A stretch of 19,504 bases of DNA from Ginkgo biloba (lineage: Eukaryota > Plantae > Ginkgophyta). How positions within the stretch are numbered: position 1 is the first letter of the stretch; the number at the start of each line of letters is the position of its first letter. This document shows, in pieces, positions 1-8,960 of the stretch. Where the stretch lies: positions 205,623,728 to 205,643,231 of the forward strand of contig JANKJI020000002.1 in the NCBI GenBank assembly GCA_024626585.2. Reading direction: 5' to 3'. The notes below the pieces were generated by a model, which did no database searches, was not told where the DNA came from, and worked only from the letters and a program-made list of their open reading frames with translations. A program made the position numbers and the translations under genes.

Positions 1-1379
1 TATCTCATCCTTTGTATTCCCATATCTTAGATTTTTTTATGATTTTTAATATTATTCTAAATTGGTTCCCCTATTCCATCTTGTCTCTCATCCTTTATCT
101 TATCCTCTATAAGTATTTTGTCCATTTAGTCCATCTCTGATAACCTTTTAAAGACTCATCTTCCATACAAAAATCCCACATCTTCATAATTTTCTTGTGT
201 CATATCTCTATCAACCTATAAATACTTTATGTTCACACCCATTTTTTAATTTGTTTTTATTCTTAGCCTTTGTCCTTGCTATTTTGTAGCCTATTATTTT
301 AATTATTTATATATGGACACCTCACCTATGTTTATTGTGTCTTCAAAGTCACCTAGCTTATAGTTGGCCCCTCGCATTGTCTAGTATAAAAGAATCACAA
401 TGCTAAGAAAAAATTGAAGGCAAAATAATATGTTTGATGACAAGGCACTCCTTGGCTGTAATTATTTTAAAAAATAAATTAGTCTTCCTAAGTTTCAAGA
501 AAAATTAAATTGGAATATTATTTTAAAAGAGAACATTTTAAAATAAATTAATAGTTTTTTATTTTTCTATTAAGTTAAAACTTTTAATAAAAAATAGTGT
601 ATTTTTAGAATAAAAAAAAAAAAGGTATAAATAAACATTATTAAATTATGAATATGTCTTATAGTTAGTATTATTAGGACCTTTGAGAAAGAAATCATCC
701 TTGGGATGACAATATAAATGATTATGTAAACATGGTATGCATAAATATAAGAAAAAACTTCATATCAATAAAAGGCATGCCCTTAGTTGAGTAGGAAGCT
801 AAGGCATGTGTGCAAATACAATAATTTTGATATAAGTACCATAAACAATTATATTATTTTTGTAAACGAATGAGTTTTGAATAGTACCTTTATGCTAAAA
901 AATAATATTTGCTACATAGTTGAGAAGATAATTTTTAATACTCAATATTAAGTAATTCAATTAAAAAAAAACTAGATCAATTATGGATATCACATAAGAT
1001 ATATCAAGCATTCACACCTTAGTAAAATGCTACCTATTCATTTNNNNNNNNNNCAAGGAATTCAAGGTAGAACCACTAGAGAAAGAAACAATAGTGTAAG
1101 AAAATACAAAGTGCACAATTAAAGGAAGTAATGATTAGTTAATAAGAGAGGTATCCCTCAAAGAAGTCAAGCTAGAGGTTTCACCAAAGCTAGAAGAACA
1201 TTTAGAAAACCATATCATTGAATATGACAAGTGTAAAATTGAGCAAGAAGGAAATGATATCATCGATAAGTAAGAGCATCATGAAAAGAATATTAAAGTT
1301 ATTAGAGACAACCAACTAAATACCTTGAGTAAAAGAAGAGTGAACAAATTATCTAGATATGAAGGAATAATCAAAAGGA

Positions 1380-1980
1380 AAACCAAAGGCTAATAAGGAT
1401 GTGTCCCAAGAAAAACTTCCAGACACTCATCTATCCCAAATAATCATCATTACAATGCCAATCACACACCGACGGATTTCAACCATTTATGTTAGGAAGA
1501 ATCTCATCAATATAAGGATTAACACCAACATTCCATCTAAGTCGAAAAAGATCCAATAATGTCAATTAATCCAAAATACTGCTCTAGTCCCAAAGAGATA
1601 TACCCACATTGAATGGAAGATTCCATGGCCATAAGTGATGAAGCATTGAATATTATTTCATTCAACACTCTAACCATTAATAAGGAAGAGGATATCCAAC
1701 AACATAAATCAACTTCTAGGGAAATAATCCCATATGCATGTGATCACCCAATCTTTTGAGAAAAGAATTCCCATTAAATTATACAAGTAAGGATTTATTG
1801 AGAGTATATCACTGATGATAATAGATTGAGTCCTCATATTACTCTTAGCAAGAAAAGGATAGCAACCTATGAAGATTAGTTGTTGTGCATCAAACATCAT
1901 TGGCTCTAAAAATGGAAAATAACCTAGAAACATGTATGATTTATCACTAAATGTTGGAAGATCAATTACTTAATTCTTAT
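1380..1980 (+). mobile_element. Highly degenerate Ty3/gypsy pol remnant (protease tail to reverse transcriptase N-terminus)
   Basis: One frame from 1776 reads KLYK*GFIESISLMIID*VLILLLARKG*QPMKISCCASNIIGSKNGK*PRNMYDLS. This follows the Ty3 RT N-terminal pattern ELLxKGFIxxSxS..VLLVxKK..RMCxDYRALNxxTxKN.YPxPxIxDL. There is a weaker protease-like 'MLGR' motif near 1490. Many stops; boundaries approximate. Confidence 0.5.
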
Positions 1981-2009
1981 TAATAGGTTAATACATAAAA
2001 GGAAGTGAT

Positions 2010-2363
2010 GGTTGTGTTATCCTACAAATCACATAAGGAAGTTAGCAGGTTAGAGATTATGGTTAGGGGAATAATGAGCCTATTTGGCAGGTTAGAGGTT
2101 ATGGTCATCATTCTAATATTAATTAGTGTTAAATAAATAAATGTAATAAAGAGGTACCCAATTAAGGAAAAGTTAGAATTGTAGTCTATATAAGACCAAT
2201 GGCCCATTTTGTAACTCAATATATTTAATTTGTATCACTTAAGTCACTTCTTGATTCTACTAATAAATTTAGCATTCTATCTTTATTTTTCATAATCACT
2301 CACAAGGGTTTCTCTAAATAACTGCATTAAAGTTGATAAATAATTCAAAATAATATCACAACA
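2010..2363 (+). mobile_element. Short LTR (~350 bp), probably the 3' LTR of the deleted gypsy remnant upstream
   Basis: Imperfect terminal inverted repeat GGTTGTGTTAT...ATATCACAACA (9/11). Purine tract AAAAGGAAG just upstream (1997-2005), internal CTATATAAG near 2186, AATAAA near 2262. Confidence 0.45.
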
Positions 2364-2916
2364 AATATTTATAGAGATTTTAGGACTACTTGGTCTCTAT
2401 ATTCAACTAGAGCCTCTCCCTACATAATGTTTGAAATAAAGGGTCCTACTTTTACTTAATTAGTTTGTCTCCTTTAAATTCTTGTGCATTGACTTCTTAG
2501 TTGATGAGAACTCTCTGGGTTATCGTACAAGGAATGAATTTGAGGATTTTTTTAAATAATGTTATGAAGTTACACTATTATATTAAAGTAGTATTTAGAC
2601 TAATCCTTAGTTTTGTGGGTTTCTTCTTGCATTGTGGGAAGGGNNNNNNNNNNNNNNNNNNNNNNNNNNNNNNNNNNNNNNNNNNNNNNNNNNNNNNNNN
2701 NNNNNNNNNNNNNNNNNNNNNNNNNNNNNNNNNNNNNNNNNNNAATTACGAGAACTTAAACTTGGAGTCATACAATCTCACTTTACAAATGATTTTCTAG
2801 CATATAAGGAGTCAATAATTAGTTTGATTATTTGCATAAAGAAGTTGGATAGTGGCTTCATACTAGTAGTGAGGGAAGAAATCCTCGATCCGTCGCCAAA
2901 AAAAAAATCCAAACCC

Positions 2917-2924
2917 GAATATTC
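2917..2924. promoter_or_regulatory. P1BS (PHR1-binding site) GAATATTC, copy 1
   Basis: Perfect palindromic match to GNATATNC, 227 nt upstream of the ATG at 3144. Confidence 0.6.
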
Positions 2925-2973
2925 CGGAGACGGGGGAGAAAAAGACGAGCATTATGGACATTCGATCATAGTA

Positions 2974-2981
2974 GAATATTC
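2974..2981. promoter_or_regulatory. P1BS (PHR1-binding site) GAATATTC, copy 2
   Basis: Second perfect GAATATTC, 57 nt after the first and 170 nt upstream of the ATG. Both copies read GAATATTCC. Confidence 0.6.
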
Positions 2982-3012
2982 CAATAACAATATAATGTTA
3001 ACCCCATAATAT

Positions 3013-3025
3013 CCAATTTTATAAG
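3013..3025 (+). promoter_or_regulatory. Candidate core promoter (CCAAT and TATAAG)
   Basis: CCAATTTTATAAG lies about 120-130 nt upstream of the ATG and downstream of the P1BS pair. Short motifs in AT-rich DNA, so weak evidence. Confidence 0.3.
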
Positions 3026-3143
3026 GGGTGGTGACTTTACTTCCTTGTTTGTTAGGGACGGCCTTAAAAAAGGCTTTAGGATAAAGGCTTGCAAGGCACA
3101 GCGTGTGCTCAGACTGCCAATCAAGTTTTTGCGAACATTGACA

Positions 3144-3246
3144 ATGCCTGACAACGTTGATGCTGAGCTACAGGGAATCCAGTCCATAAACAGTAGATTA
3201 ATATCAACGGTGATCCTAGACTTGGATGGGACTCTTATAGATACAG
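3144..3246 (+). CDS. FHY: Exon 1 of HAD-family FMN phosphatase / bifunctional riboflavin kinase-FMN phosphatase (FHY/RFK-like)
   Basis: MPDNVDAELQGIQSINSRLISTVILDLDGTLIDT contains HAD motif I (DxDGT). ATG context ACAATGC. Ends at donor CAG|GTCTGG (phase 1). Confidence 0.88.
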
Positions 3247-3475
3247 GTCTGGTGATCATTTTTCCTCCTTTCCTTTTAATTGTTGTGCATGATGAATATC
3301 TAGACTATTTAATGCCTAATTGCCTGATTTTTTGTTTCAGAATGTGCCCATTTGCGTGTTTTATGATTCAGTATCCCCATATGTCTTTTTTCTGACGAAG
3401 TACCATATAAGTCTGAAATTATATTCCTTAGATGTATTTTGACGCCAGTCAATAAATTCGTTATAATTTTTTCAG
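3247..3475 (+). other. Intron 1 (229 nt, GT-AG, phase 1)
   Basis: GT at 3247, U-rich body, acceptor ATTTTTTCAG ending at 3475. Splicing gives in-frame DLDGTLIDT-E-SLVEHVL. Confidence 0.88.
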
Positions 3476-3662
3476 AGAGCCTCGTGGAACATGTGCTAAA
3501 AGATTTCCTGGCCAAGTATGAGAAGCAATGGGATGGCAGAGGAGAGGAAAAACGTTTAGGCAAGCGGCCATTGGAAGCTGCAGAGTGCATAATTGAAGAT
3601 TACCAACTTCCATGCACCGCGGAAGAATTTTTGGCTGAAATATCACCGTGGTTTGAAGGCAG
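3476..3662 (+). CDS. FHY: Exon 2 of FHY/RFK-like gene (HAD cap domain); gene incomplete in this window
   Basis: ESLVEHVLKDFLAKYEKQWDGRGEEKRLGKRPLEAAECIIEDYQLPCTAEEFLAEISPWFEGR closely resembles plant FHY/RFK as I recall it (YGKQWDGRE..KIVGKTPVEAATTIVEDYELPC..EF). Similarity stops at GGCAG|GCAAGG, a GC-type donor. Confidence 0.88.
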
Positions 3663-4100
3663 GCAAGGCTGTATGGCACCCAAATTATTATTTGGCTGAA
3701 TATTTAATCTTTTCTGATTTAATTTGTTTTCAAGAAAATAGATTATCGTGCTTCCCTTATGGTGTAAACTTTTCTCCTTGTATTTGGTTACTGATGAGGT
3801 CAGTTGGGTGTTCTATACAATTGGACTTGTGTGGGACTTGGGCCACTTTTTCACAGACTGTCATGTTAAGGTGATTTCAGTAAGATTCAGTTATATTTTA
3901 TCCGGAATTTGGGTAATATTGATTTTCCTTCTAGAACCTTCACCCTGAAATAGATTGATAAGAATTTGTTAGAAAGGCCAGTTGTTGTCTTCGACATAGC
4001 TGGTATCCATTGTTTCTTAGATCAGCCCTTGGCCCTACTGTATAACTTATAAAAAATTACATTCCTGTGTTTCTTGCTGCCCATTTCTCCTCCTTTGCAG

Positions 4101-4206
4101 GGGGAACCTTCACAAAGACTGGAACATACCTTGTAACAGCGATTGCATGCCCAAAGAACTTTTCTCTTCTATTGACATCTGAGAAAATCACCCTTTTGAT
4201 CAGAAG
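4101..4206 (+). other. Candidate alternative (poison) cassette exon in intron 2
   Basis: Long pyrimidine tract and acceptor TTCTCCTCCTTTGCAG| upstream; donor AAG|GTAGCG downstream. 106 nt, with TGA at 4180-4182 in frame with exon 2. No transcript evidence available. Confidence 0.35.
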
Positions 4207-5724
4207 GTAGCGTAGTGTTTTTTTTTTTTAATTGCAACATTACAGTTATTGACATACCATGCAGCTTAAATCATCTGACAAAAACATAGAATGACTGACA
4301 GATTCACATCTACTTTTCAAGGACCCATAGGAATCTCTAAGTTACATTTTTCTTAGATTAAGTCCACCCCACATAATACATGTTGAGGACTAAGTATCCA
4401 TGGCCATCCTCTTTCTTTCTAAGCTCAATGAAGCGAGGAAAAGTAATATTCAGAACAAAGTGATTACTCATCACATCTTGTCCCCTCTGTTTTTATGATG
4501 CCTTTTCTCACTGAAAGTGAGAATTTACACTTTGTCGACTAGGAAGCAATCTATAAATGTTACACAAATGCATTCCCCATCTCCTAGTACTTCCCAATAC
4601 TGACTACGGATGCTCTTACTCTTCAAGCTTAACATTAATGCCAATGCACAACAGACACTATAGGTCCTGACAAGCTATAAGAACACTGAAATATAGTGCA
4701 GGAGAGAGTGATCAAACCTAATAAGACTCCTTAAGTGAAGTACTTGTGATCTGCTCTATGCTAGAACTAGATTACTCAATCATTGTTCCTCCTCTTTTGC
4801 TTCTCAACCTGTGATTCTACATTGTTTTGCAACATTCAAACATCAACAGTGATGTGCCATGAAAGCTCCCTTACCCACTAGGTATGTATAAGTTGTCACT
4901 CATCTCATAAAAACAACTTGCAGTTGTTTTTTCACTGAGTAGGTTTTTGCNNNNNNNNNNNNNNNNNNNNNNNNNNNNNNNNNNNNNNNNNNNNNNNNNN
5001 NNNNNNNNNNNNNNNNNNNNNNNNNNNNNNNNNNNNNNNNNNNNNNNNNNATATATTTAAAATAATAATAATATAACATCCTTAGTTTCACTCATGGTTT
5101 AATGATTTCCAAATTCTTTGAGGGACCTTAAGTCCTTTTGGCATCAATATTCTATGATCATGATACCCCTAAAATTTTGGGTGGACTTTAGGTATGACCT
5201 AAGTAACTCTATCTAGACTACTTTAACTGAACCACTATCACTCCTTTAATTATAACCAAAAGCAAATTCTTATGTGAATTTTATTTTTCTTTGTGCACTT
5301 CTATGCACATTTTTATACATAAGGGTATTTTTTTGTTCAAACTTCACACACCCAAGCTTCACATCTTCATCACTTACATATGTGTATGCACATGCAAGTC
5401 ATAAAATATTAATCAAAATAATCGATTCCTTGGTTGTCATAAATGCATGCTCTCTTGTAGAAAGGCACATTTACAACATCTCTCATTGTCATTGGGAGCA
5501 TGGCCACAAAAAACAAAGGGCCCACTTAAGAAAAATGTTTCCTTTTTCCTATTTTTTTCAAAACCGTTTTAGAGCAATTTAAAATGTTATTTTTTAGGCT
5601 TGGCTGAAGGGTCTCGACCGTATCACAAAAGCCCTGAAGTATACCCTATGTTTTTAAAGATTTTGCATATGTATTTGTTGCTTTTAGAAGGTCATTTGTT
5701 TATTCTTCTCAACTCAGCTCTTCA

Positions 5725-5810
5725 AACGTATTCTTATTAAGATGTTAGATGATCTTTGGGATTTTCATAACGTATTCTTATTAATATGTTAGATGATTGT
5801 TGGGATTTTC
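5725..5810. repeat. 44-bp tandem repeat, about 2 copies running into an N gap
   Basis: AACGTATTCTTATTAA(G/T)ATGTTAGATGAT..TGGGATTTTC starts at 5725 and again at 5769. Confidence 0.8.
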
Positions 5811-5952
5811 NNNNNNNNNNNNNNNNNNNNNNNNNNNNNCCAATATTATATCAATATCTATGTATTTGAATTATGGATTGTTGTCAAACACTCCTATTTT
5901 ATTATGGAATTGCCGTTTCTCATGAGGATGTCACATGTTTTGTTCATTTATT

Positions 5953-5979
5953 CTCTTTCTCTTCTCTCTCTCTCTCTCT
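5953..5979. repeat. Imperfect (CT)n microsatellite
   Basis: CTCTTTCTCTTCTCTCTCTCTCTCTCT seen directly. Confidence 0.7.
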
Positions 5980-7065
5980 TGATATTTATTGTCACTATCT
6001 TCTAAAGGTAGGGACTTTGCGTTAGGTCCAGGGAAATATTTAGGGATTGCCTTATTTTNNNNNNNNNNNNNNNNNNNNNNNNNNNNNNNNNNNNNNNNNN
6101 NNNNNNNNNNNNNNNNNNNNNNNNNNNNNNNNNNNNNNNNNNNNNNNNNNNNNNNNNNNNNNNNNNNNNNNNNNNNNNNNNNNNNNNNNNNNNNNNNNNN
6201 NNNNNNNNNNNNNNNNNNNNNNNNNNNNNNNNNNNNNNNNNNNNNNNNNNNNNNNNNNNNNNNNNNNNNNNNNNNNNNNNNNNNNNNNNNNNNNNNNNNN
6301 NNNNNNNNNNNNNNNNNNNNNNNNNNNNNNNNNNNNNNNNNNNNNNNNNNNNNNNNNNNNNNNNNNNNNNNNNNNNNNNNNNNNNNNNNNNNNNNNNNNN
6401 NNNNNNNNNNNNNNNNNNNNNNNNNNNNNNNNNNNNNNNNNNNNNNNNNNNNNNNNNNNNNNNNNNNNNNNNNNNNNNNNNNNNNNNNNNNNATTGCCAT
6501 AGTAAAGCTATACCACTTTGTCATAGCAAATTTTTTTATTGGAATGCATAATATGTACACTAGCCATACAAGGGCTATCTTTGTTTATGATTACATTTAT
6601 ATCATACAATTACTACATGCATCTACAAAATGAAATAAAACTTAAATTCATTCATAATCACTCAACATATGACAACCTACAAACATAACCTTCTCTATAT
6701 CTGGAGTATTTCACATAGGTAGGGACATGTTGTGGCTAAACATGGCNNNNNNNNNNNNNNNNNNNNNNNNNNNNNNNNNNNNNNNNNNNNNNNNNNNNNN
6801 NNNNNNNNNNNNNNNNNNNNNNNNNNNNNNNNNNNNNNNNNNNNNNNNNATATTGTAGGGACTTTGTGACTTTGATTGTGACATAATTGGCCTTAATGAG
6901 TTGGTACCTCCTAATAGCAAGTATTCAACATTAATGAATATTTTTAGTGGACGATTCATGATAGAGCATAATCAAAGCTTAATCTTATGCTGATGAACAA
7001 TTGACAGTTTCTCATGTAAGGGAGAGTTGTGCCACACACCCATACATATTAGGGTCTTCTAAACT

Positions 7066-7289
7066 TGTAATAACCACATGCATTTGACTGTCCTATACAA
7101 TCAACTCAAGGGGGATCCTTCCATAACAATACATTTTTGTGGAGTCCTTATCGAGCCATGTTGCTCCCACACGTATGGATGCCATCTTTTGACATCTACC
7201 CAAATTGACCTTTAGGCATATTTGTATGCCAGGTATTGAAATCTCACGATGTTGTTCACAATTCATGTGGATCATATCTTAGCATCTAT
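7066..7289 (-). mobile_element. Probable distal (U5) part of the minus-strand chromovirus 3' LTR
   Basis: Begins TGTAATAACC, an imperfect inverted repeat of the LTR start at 17828 (TGGAACGAACC on the minus strand). Ends in TCTAT, matching TCTAC at 17236-17240 as a candidate target-site duplication. Confidence 0.4.
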
Positions 7290-7397
7290 TGTTAGTATGT
7301 AATAATGCTATGGGTTTTCTAACCATCTTAGTTACAACTTATTGGAGTCAAGACTTGCTCGCACTTGGGACTTGCCCTACATAGGACTTGCACACAC
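7290..7397 (+). mobile_element. Truncated 5' portion of a ~400-bp-family LTR (copy D)
   Basis: Starts TGTTAGT. GACTTGCTCGCACTTGGGACTTGCCCTACATAGGACTTGCACACA aligns with GAGTTGCTCAAACTTAAGACTTGCCTTACTTAGGATTTGCACACA in the LTR at 16839. Homology ends abruptly at 7397. Confidence 0.65.
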
Positions 7398-8521
7398 TGA
7401 TGATGTCAGCAAACTCAACTTTGCTCGTTGGTTTTCATCTCACCGATCACCCATAAGATACACAAAAATTCACTTGCATGATTTTCATAATTGAAATTAT
7501 TAAATAAAATACTCATACAAGTAAATATGCACAATGACATAATACATTTTTAACTGAAGAAACCCTCTCAGGAATAAAACTCCATATGCATTAAGCTCTA
7601 AGGCAATAACACATTACAATAACCATTAACAACTCTTCCTCACTACTAGAGGGTGTATACCATAAACACTATAGTGCAAGGCAGGTCACTACCGCTTCAT
7701 CAGCAACTCAAGCTACCTCTATCAGTGCATCTACTTGGCTATACTCTGGCTTGCCTTGGTCTACCGATGGAACTCACATCACCTATGTCTATCAACAAAA
7801 TCCACATCACCTCATCTGACTACCTCTATCGATAGTTCTATCAGGAATCACTATCGGTCGGTGGAATTGCACATCGCCATGCTTTGACTTCCTCTCTAGC
7901 TCTCTAAGGCTAACTCATCTGACTATCTTTATCGNNNNNNNNNNNNNNNNNNNNNNNNNNNNNNNNNNNNNNNNNNNNNNNNNNNCCATGCTGTAACTTC
8001 CTCTCTAGCTCTCTAAGGCCATCTCATCTGACTGCCTCTATTAACGGTTCTCTCAAGAATCACTATCGATTAGTGAAATTGCATATTGCCATGCTTCAAC
8101 TTTCTCTCTAACTCTCTAAGGCCATCTCATCTGACTGCCTCTATCTGTGGTTCTGTTAAAAATCATTGTCAGTTGGTAGAATTGCACATTATCATGATTT
8201 GACTTCCTCTCTGGCTCTCTAAGGCTATCTCATCGGATNNNNNNNNNNNNNNNNNNNNNNNNNNNNNNNNNNNNNNNNNNNNNNNNNNNNNNNNNNNNNN
8301 NNNNNNNNNNNNNNNNNNNNNNNNNNNNNNNNNNNNNNCCAGCGTTGGGTTATCTCTAGGGCACTTCTCTTACCCTTTTCCTCTCTCCTCATAACTTTCT
8401 TTGGTAAAGTCATCAACAGTTGCAATACAAAAGTACTAGCCTCACTAGAAAACTTACCCCTTTTTATAGATTGGAAAATAAGATTTACTTCGATTTTTTG
8501 GGTTGTAACAATAAGATAGAA
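7398..8521 (-). mobile_element. Partial LTR-like sequence of a different family, minus orientation
   Basis: Starts TG exactly where copy D homology ends. Minus-strand TATA CTATAAAAAGGGG at 8457-8469, U5-like GAAACCCTCTC near 7560, internal tandem array. Interrupted at 8522 by LTR copy A. Confidence 0.45.
7811..8238. repeat. 103-bp tandem repeat array, more than 4 units, partly in N gaps
   Basis: Anchor CTCATC(T/G)GA at 7811, 7914, 8023 (across a gap), 8126 and 8229. Units share CTTCCTCTCTAGCTCTCTAAGGC with few substitutions. Confidence 0.9.
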
Positions 8522-8943
8522 TTTTAGTGGTAATTTTGATCTAGTAATGTATATAGTTTGTCCTGACCATGATCATCTTACTGAGGACTTGCTCAAGTCA
8601 AAATTTTCCTACATATAGGACTTGCCCAGACTCATGACTTATTGTAATTAGTTGACAAGTGGGTAGTTGCCAATGGATGTAACTACGTGTAACAATTAAT
8701 GAGGCGGTACCTCTTTCCTTTATGAGGAGCCCTCCTTCATTTTGATTAGATGCCATGGTAGGCATGCCTAGGCAATATGCTATAGTGATCATTGATGTAC
8801 TTGATGAAATGATGTAATACAAGATTATTGTTCGTGTGCATTGTTCTTATTGATCATGTCTCTTCTTTGTTCCTTATCTCAATGCTAGGGCTTAAACTAT
8901 AAGTTGGAATAACCAATTTTTCAACTAAATTATTCAACTAGCA
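8522..8943 (+). mobile_element. LTR copy A (422 bp), 5'-type, followed by a primer-binding site
   Basis: Collinear over its full length with 16839-17235 (roughly 70-75% identity by eye). Ends TTATTCAACTAGCA. Confidence 0.8.
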
Positions 8944-8945
8944 TC

Positions 8946-8960
8946 TGGCATCATTGTTGG
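8946..8960 (+). promoter_or_regulatory. Degenerate primer-binding site (Athila/Tat-like)
   Basis: TGGCATCATTGTTGG starts 2 nt after the LTR end. It differs from the Athila-type PBS TGGCGCCGTTGCCGG only by C>T and G>A transitions. Confidence 0.6.

Noticed and set aside
1-376. Possible LTR 3' end (CTATAAATA near 215, ending CCCCTCGCA)
   Set aside because: No second terminus, PBS, PPT or second copy in the window to support it.
3331-3340. Alternative acceptor TTTGTTTCAG within intron 1
   Set aside because: Its use gives a stop within about 9 codons and no homology; the 3475 acceptor restores the conserved frame.
3045-3395. 116-aa ORF-track call as a complete gene
   Set aside because: It starts at TTG and reads through the donor at 3247 into intron 1. 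Only 3144-3246 is supported as coding.
3700-4300. FMN riboswitch-like element in intron 2
   Set aside because: I saw no RFN consensus blocks (AGGGCGGGGTGAAATTCCC / CCGACGG) on either strand. An Infernal search with the Rfam FMN model would be decisive.
5090-5660. Possible MITE or DNA-transposon fragment
   Set aside because: No convincing terminal inverted repeats or target-site duplication could be identified.
5931-6633. Long ORFs of 151-214 aa in the ORF track
   Set aside because: Artefacts of N runs translated as X.
7811-8238. CRISPR-like array
   Set aside because: Whole 103-bp units are repeated with no unique spacers, the context is eukaryotic, and there are no cas genes.
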